Shown here piece by piece: positions 7,904-12,970 of a stretch of DNA of 26,593 nt (position 1 is its first letter; each line of letters starts with the position of its first letter). The DNA comes from a virus (taxonomy: Duplodnaviria > Caudoviricetes): IMG/VR virus record IMGVR_UViG_3300020733_000063, positions 1 to 26,593 of that record. One strand, given 5' to 3'. Under the pieces are notes generated by a model. That model was not told where the DNA came from, ran no database searches, and was given only the letters and a program-made list of their open reading frames with translations. The position numbers were made by a program, and so were the translations under genes.

Positions 7904-8088
7904 GGGTTTAGTTGGTCGTAGTTTTCGGTAGCTTGGTGTACTGCGCTACCACCATAGAACCACCAAGCAGGCTGTTCAGCCATCTTCTTTGCATACTTAA
8001 GGTAATACTTCCAACCACAGCTGAGCCATGTAGTCATGGCGCTGTAACTAACGTGTTCTGGCAATTCACTGCCATCAATTTCTATCAC
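7900..8088 (-). CDS. Cas4/RecB-like exonuclease, N-terminal part
   Basis: HVSYSAMTTWLSCGWKYYLKY...GSAVHQATE is the S.S....C...Y...G...H...E N-terminus of this family; GTG start with AAGGAGAG RBS. Confidence 0.85.
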   Translation of the reverse strand: MIEIDGSELPEHVSYSAMTTWLSCGWKYYLKYAKKMAEQPAWWFYGGSAVHQATENYDQLNP

Positions 8089-8119
8089 TGCACTCTCCTT
8101 TAGTCTCTCTCTTTAGAGT

Positions 8120-8163
8120 AAAAAGCGGTACAGGATAGGAGAGAGCCAAAACCTGTACCGCAT
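8120..8163 (-). ncRNA. Candidate ~42-nt hairpin sRNA or attenuator with an anti-Shine-Dalgarno loop
   Basis: GCGGUACAGG-UUUUGGCUCUCUCCUAU-CCUGUACCGC-UUUUU: perfect 10-bp stem and U5 tail, starting ~7 nt after an extended -10. Confidence 0.6.
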
Positions 8164-8166
8164 GTC

Positions 8167-8185
8167 TTACTGTAACACACAGTAA
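8167..8185 (-). promoter_or_regulatory. Extended -10 promoter TGTTACAGTAA overlapped by inverted repeat TTACTGT-N5-ACAGTAA
   Basis: Read directly; the -10 hexamer TACAGT lies at 8174-8169. Confidence 0.6.
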
Positions 8186-8195
8186 CGGCCGTGTA

Positions 8196-8336
8196 TTACA
8201 TCGCTAGCCTTGCACACGCACAAGGATAGCAATAGTTACGCACCTCTGAGTAATCCCATTCCGGGACCCAGATAGGTGACTCGCAAGTATAGCATTTAGT
8301 TTCGATACTTACTGTTCTGCGTACTGTGTCGCTCAT
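8196..8336 (-). CDS. Small CxxC..CxxC zinc-finger protein (46 aa)
   Basis: MSDTVRR...CYTC...CYPC; ATGA-coupled start. Confidence 0.7.
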   Translation of the reverse strand: MSDTVRRTVSIETKCYTCESPIWVPEWDYSEVRNYCYPCACARLAM

Positions 8337-8497
8337 TGGTTCACCCACTGAGATAGGCAAGCTGCTGAGCAGAAGTCGCTTACATTGGCATGTTCTGGTG
8401 AAATCAAAGTCCACCAGTCACACGTTGATTGTGAAGTCTTATCGCAACTATCGCATTGGTAAGTTTCACTGACTACTACATCACGTAGTAATGACAT
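8333..8497 (-). CDS. Small TRASH/MYM-like zinc-finger protein (54 aa)
   Basis: Manual translation MSLLRDVVVSETYQCDSCDK...DFCSAACLSQWVNQ; coupled at both ends. Confidence 0.75.
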   Translation of the reverse strand: MSLLRDVVVSETYQCDSCDKTSQSTCDWWTLISPEHANVSDFCSAACLSQWVNQ

Positions 8498-8691
8498 TAG
8501 TCCTCCATCAAAGCGTCGTAGGCTGCATCTGCTCTATCCCAGATGTTGTCATCATCATAACTGAAGCTGAACTCGTGGTTGCACTTAGAACACACCTCTA
8601 TGCTCTCGGTGTAACCGTTATCATCTAACTCAAAGGCTGATTCCCAAGCAAACTCACACTCGGGACACTGAACCTCTAGATCTCTCTCCAT
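8497..8691 (-). CDS. Very acidic zinc-ribbon protein (64 aa)
   Basis: CPEC...CSKC; about 20 D/E against 3 K/R; RBS GGGAGAGA. Confidence 0.8.
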   Translation of the reverse strand: MERDLEVQCPECEFAWESAFELDDNGYTESIEVCSKCNHEFSFSYDDDNIWDRADAAYDALMED

Positions 8692-8700
8692 TATCTCTCC

Positions 8701-9144
8701 CTAGTACCAGTAGTGTCGGCGCTCGTGCGCCCAAGCTGCGGAAGGTTTCCCGTAGCGTTCCTTAATGTAGCGCAACCCCTCGTCAATTTGCAAGGGTGCC
8801 GGTACTCGTGTCGACATGCCTAATACTTGCGGGATACCGCCAGCGTGTGAGCCATCGCTTGCCGGGGTTGTGTTATAGGCCAATGGATTCCAGTGTGATT
8901 CGCTGGTCCAGAGTTTATTCAGCGCCTTAAACTCGCTCTTGGTATTCCATCCATAATTAGACATAACAAACTTTGCATAGGACTTTGCCATCGCTTGTGT
9001 CCATAGATCATTAGGCAGTTCCGGTGAGCATTTCATCTTGACTGCTAGTTCAGCTGCATGTGTTGTCGTTGGGTATCCGAACAAAGATAGGAACGTCATC
9101 ATTAGGCTGGTTGTTACTGCCATTAGTCTTTGCTTATTACTCAT
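8701..9144 (-). CDS. Secreted lytic transglycosylase-like (SLT/lysozyme-fold) protein
   Basis: Signal-peptide-like N-terminus; LWTSESHWNP (catalytic Glu), GGIPQ, QIDEGLRYIKERYG, C-terminal WY; RBS GAAAGGA before MSNKQ. Confidence 0.88.
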   Translation of the reverse strand: MSNKQRLMAVTTSLMMTFLSLFGYPTTTHAAELAVKMKCSPELPNDLWTQAMAKSYAKFVMSNYGWNTKSEFKALNKLWTSESHWNPLAYNTTPASDGSHAGGIPQVLGMSTRVPAPLQIDEGLRYIKERYGKPSAAWAHERRHYWY

Positions 9145-9160
9145 TGGTATTCCTTTCGAG

Positions 9161-9191
9161 AAAAAAGAAAGGGCAACCATGTCGGCTGCCC
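9161..9191 (-). terminator. Intrinsic terminator
   Basis: GGGCAGCC-gacat-GGTTGCCC-TTTCTTTTTT on the minus strand. Confidence 0.8.
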
Positions 9192-9218
9192 AGTCTTTCT
9201 AGTAGAGGCTTAATGTCG

Positions 9219-9437
9219 TTACTCGTCTGCCTTTCCCATGAAATGTAAGTGTGCGGTGATCTGGTCCTCGGTTATTACTTCGCGTTTAATCTCTTCTAAG
9301 TCTATCTTTATGTTATGCATTACGTCCTCCAGCTCGCCTACAGTAAAGCGTAGCAGTTCATAATCTTGCACGTTCACGGCGTAAGTTATGCGGTTGCTGA
9401 TCTTGTCTAGCACCTGCGCGATTGCTTGGGTATTCAT
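9219..9437 (-). CDS. Hypothetical helical protein (72 aa)
   Basis: ORF track; RBS AAGGAGAGA; putative promoter just upstream. Confidence 0.8.
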   Translation of the reverse strand: MNTQAIAQVLDKISNRITYAVNVQDYELLRFTVGELEDVMHNIKIDLEEIKREVITEDQITAHLHFMGKADE

Positions 9438-9461
9438 AGTCTCTCCTTAGGTTGGGGTTAA

Positions 9462-9470
9462 ATAGTAGCA
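9462..9470 (-). promoter_or_regulatory. Extended -10 promoter TGCTACTAT
   Basis: Fits TGnTAnnnT, ~25 bp upstream of the 9437 start codon. Confidence 0.5.
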
Positions 9471-9618
9471 GAAAGTCGGCTTAGCAACCATGCTAGCCGG
9501 CTTTTGATGTCGTGCCATTCATTGGGGCGTAATCGGCTTGGCAGCCTTGCCAGCCAAGCTCAAACGCCGTAAAGGGGGACTAAACGGACTAATCCCCCTA
9601 AATGGTATAAATTGGACA

Positions 9619-9708
9619 TTACTTTTCTAGGCAGTTGCACCCCTTCCCGACTGGGTAGAGGCAGTCCCCGCAGATCGTGCCCTCGACTACTTCCAAGCCG
9701 TCTGACAT
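9619..9708 (-). CDS. 29-aa Cys-rich peptide
   Basis: Manual translation MSDGLEVVEGTICGDCLYPVGKGCNCLEK; RBS GGAGGG. Confidence 0.55.
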   Translation of the reverse strand: MSDGLEVVEGTICGDCLYPVGKGCNCLEK

Positions 9709-9845
9709 ACCCACCCCTCCGCTTCATTGTGACAGGTTGTGATCTTGGTATAAATGTTTAACTCGTGCACTCCGTACCAGAGCCCCAGAAGGGCGAGCAG
9801 GTAGGCAATAACTGCCACCCTGCGCCCGCGTCGTGTGAGTTTCAT
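9687..9845 (-). CDS. Small membrane protein (52 aa)
   Basis: Manual translation MKLTRRGRRVAVIAYLLALLGLWYG...C...C; RBS GAGGAGG; ATGA coupling. Confidence 0.75.
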   Translation of the reverse strand: MKLTRRGRRVAVIAYLLALLGLWYGVHELNIYTKITTCHNEAEGWVCQTAWK

Positions 9846-9964
9846 GCACTCGCCTCCTCGGTGTCAAACTTCACAATTTCGCCGTGATACTTCTCAGCGT
9901 CGCAGACGGGACACCAGTAACACCCCGCGTCTATCTCTCTCCAAGTATGGCGGTGTCGGCTCAT
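9842..9964 (-). CDS. 40-aa His/Cys zinc-binding peptide
   Basis: Manual translation MSRHRHTWREIDAGCYWCPVCDAEKYHGEIVKFDTEEASA; ATGA-coupled at both ends. Confidence 0.7.
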   Translation of the reverse strand: MSRHRHTWREIDAGCYWCPVCDAEKYHGEIVKFDTEEASA

Positions 9965-10170
9965 AGCTCCGCCTCGCAGCAGCTAGGAGTGTCGTGACCC
10001 CCGCACGACAGGCAGGGGTCACCGAGAGAAGTGGGACGCCACTCCTCCCAGTTGTAGCGAGCGCCCTCGGGCGCAAGATAGGAAACTAGATCAACCCCGC
10101 ACGAGCACTGGGCGATCTTCGCAGCTGCGTAGGTATCAGCTGCACCTGCTGGGGCGTGTGAGTGGCTCAT
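9961..10170 (-). CDS. Cys-rich hypothetical protein (69 aa)
   Basis: ORF track; coupled by TAATG and ATGA overlaps. Confidence 0.75.
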   Translation of the reverse strand: MSHSHAPAGAADTYAAAKIAQCSCGVDLVSYLAPEGARYNWEEWRPTSLGDPCLSCGGHDTPSCCEAEL

Positions 10171-10745
10171 TATGCGTTCACCTTCTCGCAGTTGTATAGC
10201 GGGTCATAGCTGCCAAACTCGGTTAGCTCGTCGGCGCAGTTGTTGATCAGGTACTCGCGGGCTTCCGCTTCAGTCGTTGCAGCCATAAGGCACTTGTACC
10301 CGTGGCGCTCGGTTTCTCTGCAGACTCCGCGAAGCTGCTCCAGTAGTAGCTCTGCTCCCTCGGTGATCTCTTCGCCCTCTTCATCGACTAGTTCAAGGGT
10401 GAAAGACTTCTCATGGTAGTAGTGTCCGACGTGCTTCAGATAGGCAGATACTGCCTTCTCAGGCCAAGTCAGCAGGGGAGCGTACTCGCGCTCCAAGCGT
10501 CCTGCGAAGCACACGCCGTCACCCTGCGACCAGCTGAGCGAGTAGTAAAGATCAAGCTGCAGCGGGAGAGAGTGATCTCCAAGCTCTCCGCCTCGTAGCT
10601 CACGCGCTGCAAACTCGCGCAAGTTCTCAGACATCCAGAGGTATTCATCCTCTAGTAGGCGATCTTGTGCCCACTTGATAGCCTTCTCCTGAGCTTCAGG
10701 GGCTAGTTCCTCGAAACTGTAGCGCTTCACTACGTATTCTTGCAT
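10170..10745 (-). CDS. Conserved-looking acidic phage early protein (SQGDG motif)
   Basis: YSFEELAPEAQEKA and YSLSWSQGDGVCFAG; start placed at MQEY behind AAGGAGAGA. Function unknown. Confidence 0.8.
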   Translation of the reverse strand: MQEYVVKRYSFEELAPEAQEKAIKWAQDRLLEDEYLWMSENLREFAARELRGGELGDHSLPLQLDLYYSLSWSQGDGVCFAGRLEREYAPLLTWPEKAVSAYLKHVGHYYHEKSFTLELVDEEGEEITEGAELLLEQLRGVCRETERHGYKCLMAATTEAEAREYLINNCADELTEFGSYDPLYNCEKVNA

Positions 10746-10782
10746 TATTCTCTCCTTCATTATGAGCAGCCCGTTAGCTGCC

Positions 10783-10830
10783 TCGTGCTCCCCGCTGGAA
10801 TTGCACCAGCGCTCAGGCTCTTGCGGGAGC
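10783..10830 (-). ncRNA. tRNA-like (acceptor + T-arm mimic) structured element
   Basis: GCUCCC-13 nt-CGCUGG-UGCAAUU-CCAGCG-GGGAGC-ACGA; two perfect 6-bp stems and a 7-nt T-loop. Confidence 0.6.
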
Positions 10831-10837
10831 TGCCTTG

Positions 10838-11410
10838 CTAAGCGGTTACTAGTAGCGACGCAAGTAGTTGCTGCGCCTCGGCTTCTTTTTGCTCTGCTTC
10901 TTCGATCTTGCGAGCAGCGTCTAAGCGTAGATAGTTGGCGCTGGACTGGATACCTTCAGCCTTGCGCTTAATAAGTGCCCGCTCGGTTTCATTCATAGCT
11001 TCAGTGCTAAGCAGGTCGAGCTCGTTCAGAGCGTGCTCGATCATTGCGTAAATAGCCTTCCGCTTAGGCTCGCTCCAGCCGTCCGAGTAGTGGCGCGAGT
11101 ACACGCTCCAGCCCTTAACCTCGCCAGTGTCTAAGTTTTTCCAAACTCGGGCGGTTATTGCGCCAAGAAAAGAGCTTCGCTGATAGTTCGCCATCGTGCC
11201 ATCGAACCCAAAGCCCTGTATCTCCTGCATGTTGTAAGTACCTTCTAGCTTGGCAAGATAGGCGATACTGTCTGGCTCTGCGTTCAGCATGGTTAGGGTG
11301 AAGCTCGAAGCCTCCCCGCGCCACTTGCCGACTGCCGTCACTGTAACGCCATCCTCTTCTTTATATCCCGTGACTTCCCAAGTGCTGCCTGCGACTTTTA
11401 GTGTGCTCAT
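10838..11410 (-). CDS. Hypothetical protein with C-terminal coiled coil (190 aa)
   Basis: ORF track; RBS AAGGAGAGA. Confidence 0.85.
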   Translation of the reverse strand: MSTLKVAGSTWEVTGYKEEDGVTVTAVGKWRGEASSFTLTMLNAEPDSIAYLAKLEGTYNMQEIQGFGFDGTMANYQRSSFLGAITARVWKNLDTGEVKGWSVYSRHYSDGWSEPKRKAIYAMIEHALNELDLLSTEAMNETERALIKRKAEGIQSSANYLRLDAARKIEEAEQKEAEAQQLLASLLVTA

Positions 11411-11505
11411 AGTTCATTCTCTCCTTGATTTAGTGTGTGTTCTAGGGTAATAAGTGCCACGCCTGCGATCATAGCCGAAGCGATAGCGAGAAGTAAATAG
11501 ATCAT
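11407..11505 (-). CDS. 32-aa single-TM peptide
   Basis: Manual translation MIYLLLAIASAMIAGVALITLEHTLNQGENEL; ATGA-coupled at both ends. Confidence 0.65.
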   Translation of the reverse strand: MIYLLLAIASAMIAGVALITLEHTLNQGENEL

Positions 11506-11687
11506 GCGTAACTCCCCGCTTCTAGTAGCTGCACCTCGGGACAGTCTGCGCTGCTCCAGTCGGTGTCATGCTTCCATTCAGAGTAAGGCAGAGCTTCAGC
11601 CTCTTTTAGCGCCTCCTGCTCGCTATCTGCCTCGATCTCCACGTATGCCCAAGTCTGAACCATAACCTGCACCTCGTACCGTGCCAT
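11502..11687 (-). CDS. Small acidic protein with VEIEADSEQEA motif (DpnD/PcfM-like)
   Basis: MARYEVQV...VEIEADSEQEALKEA; TAATG-coupled start, RBS GGAG. Confidence 0.75.
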   Translation of the reverse strand: MARYEVQVMVQTWAYVEIEADSEQEALKEAEALPYSEWKHDTDWSSADCPEVQLLEAGSYA

Positions 11688-11833
11688 TATGCTATCTCCA
11701 GTCCTTTTAGCCAATTGCGGGTACTTGTGCAGGTCTGACATTCATTCCACTCACTTAAAAAGTTGCCATCGAAGGCGATCGTGCGCTTGTAATTCTTTTG
11801 GCACTTGTCGCATATGTCGTAGCGGTAAGCCAT
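11687..11833 (-). CDS. 48-aa CxxC..CxxC zinc-finger protein
   Basis: Manual translation MAYRYDICDKCQK...ECQTCTSTRNWLKGLEIA; TAATG at both ends. Confidence 0.75.
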   Translation of the reverse strand: MAYRYDICDKCQKNYKRTIAFDGNFLSEWNECQTCTSTRNWLKGLEIA

Positions 11834-12000
11834 TATGCACCCACCTTCACGCGGTCAGCATTCACCCAAGCGGTACCGCCACCAGATACAGGGGTGACCT
11901 CTAGGCGGTCGGTACCGTAGACGCTCTTTACGTCAGTCACGATTACCTTGAAGTCGAAAGGGTACGCGTTCAGCGTGCCTTCTTGCCCGATTAGCTTCAT
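11833..12000 (-). CDS. Small beta-rich hypothetical protein (55 aa)
   Basis: MKLIGQEG...DVKSVYG...VTPVSGGGTAWV; RBS AAGGAG. Confidence 0.75.
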   Translation of the reverse strand: MKLIGQEGTLNAYPFDFKVIVTDVKSVYGTDRLEVTPVSGGGTAWVNADRVKVGA

Positions 12001-12013
12001 TAGCTCCTTCACG

Positions 12014-12190
12014 TTACGCGCCTCGCTTCCATGAAGCAGTAAGCTCGCGAAGAGCTGCAGCGATAGCCTGCGCCTCTTGTGCGGTCTCTGCATAGGTTTC
12101 AGCGCTGACGCGGTAAATGTCGCGTTCTTCTGCTGGGATACTGACAAGCTCGAAGCCTGTAGATAGTCCTTGCTGTACTTGGTTTAGCAT
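12014..12190 (-). CDS. First early gene, hypothetical 58 aa
   Basis: Manual translation MLNQVQQGLSTGFELVSIPAEERDIYRV...WKRGA; RBS AAGGAGAGAG directly after the promoter. Confidence 0.75.
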   Translation of the reverse strand: MLNQVQQGLSTGFELVSIPAEERDIYRVSAETYAETAQEAQAIAAALRELTASWKRGA

Positions 12191-12233
12191 GTCTCTCTCC
12201 TTAGTTGTAGTGCCTCGTTATAGGCACAGGGCA

Positions 12234-12263
12234 AGTATAGGCACACTCTGCAAGCTATTGCAA
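12234..12263 (-). promoter_or_regulatory. Major leftward SigA-type early promoter
   Basis: TTGCAA-18 nt-TATACT, followed by the 5' hairpin GTGCCT-ataacg-AGGCAC and an RBS. Confidence 0.75.
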
Positions 12264-12285
12264 GTCAGATAGCAAGTAATTTTAG

Positions 12286-12301
12286 TGTGTTGTGCGTCAC
12301 A
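12286..12301. promoter_or_regulatory. CRP/GlxR-type binding site
   Basis: TGTGT-TGTGCG-TCACA, a 9/10 match to TGTGA-N6-TCACA, 22 bp upstream of the -35. Confidence 0.55.
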
Positions 12302-12458
12302 CTCTGGAAGAGATCAGGACCCGATCAGCTGGGGACAGGACCGAGCTATCAGCGAGGTATCTGCACCAGATCAGAGCTTTATCTCGTAGCAGTAGCAGGG
12401 GACAGGGGACACGGCGTAAGGCGTGGAGACTGTCGTACGTCATAAACCCGCAGTTATA

Positions 12459-12534
12459 ACCTGATAACTACCTGAGAAGTACCTGAAAGCAGTCAATAAC
12501 CTCTGCTAACTGACTGCAAACTGCCAGTAACTGC
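12459..12534 (+). repeat. Helically phased short direct repeats
   Basis: ACCTGA at 12459, 12470, 12481; AACTG at 12508, 12519, 12529. Confidence 0.6.
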
Positions 12535-12683
12535 ATGCCTTTGCTCAGCCTGTAACAATTCGGACAAAAAGGACGAATTACCTACCTTTGACCGTACGGT
12601 TATTTAATTAACGACGAAATTGTATGTGTCTCTCTCCTCACAAATTTTTTGGGTTATACGCCTCTGACCAGCACCTTTGCCCC

Positions 12684-12694
12684 TGCTACAGTAA
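12684..12694 (+). promoter_or_regulatory. Putative rightward (late) extended -10 promoter TGCTACAGTAA
   Basis: Same 11-mer as at 792; followed by hairpin GCGTC-ctaaa-GACGC; points toward the terminase. Confidence 0.55.
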
Positions 12695-12970
12695 CAGTGC
12701 GTCCTAAAGACGCCTGTGCTACCTATCTATAAAAAATACTTTCAAAAAAAACGTTCGTTTAGGGTGTTTGAACGGATTAAATACTGTATGTAGCAGTAAA
12801 CAGTTATTCGCAGGTTTTTATGAACCTGCTCATACAGTTACAGAACAGTCTGCTATACAGTATTTATAGACAGCCTATTTCTGCCTAAAAGCAGATAGCA
12901 TAGGCAAAAAGACTTTACGCTCGCCCCGGACGGGGGCGGCGGGAGCTGTGGATAACGGCGGGGAAAGTAG

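Noticed and set aside
7014-8088. Cas4-like gene as a sign of a CRISPR system
   Set aside because: No repeat-spacer array or other cas genes seen; solo Cas4/RecB-like nucleases are common in phage replication modules.
9560-9619. 19-codon ORF MSNLYHLGGLVRLVPLYGV, TAATG-coupled
   Set aside because: Very short, has no RBS and overlaps a strong hairpin; cannot be supported.
10783-10830. Canonical tRNA gene
   Set aside because: No D arm or anticodon arm and only ~48 nt; kept as a tRNA-like element instead.
11833-12147. 104-aa version of the ORF with an upstream TTG start
   Set aside because: Overlaps the RBS-supported 12014-12190 gene; the start at 12000 has its own AAGGAG.
12310-12540. Mini CRISPR array in the intergenic repeats
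   Set aside because: Repeats are only 5-7 bp and lack the 23-47 bp repeat plus unique spacer structure.
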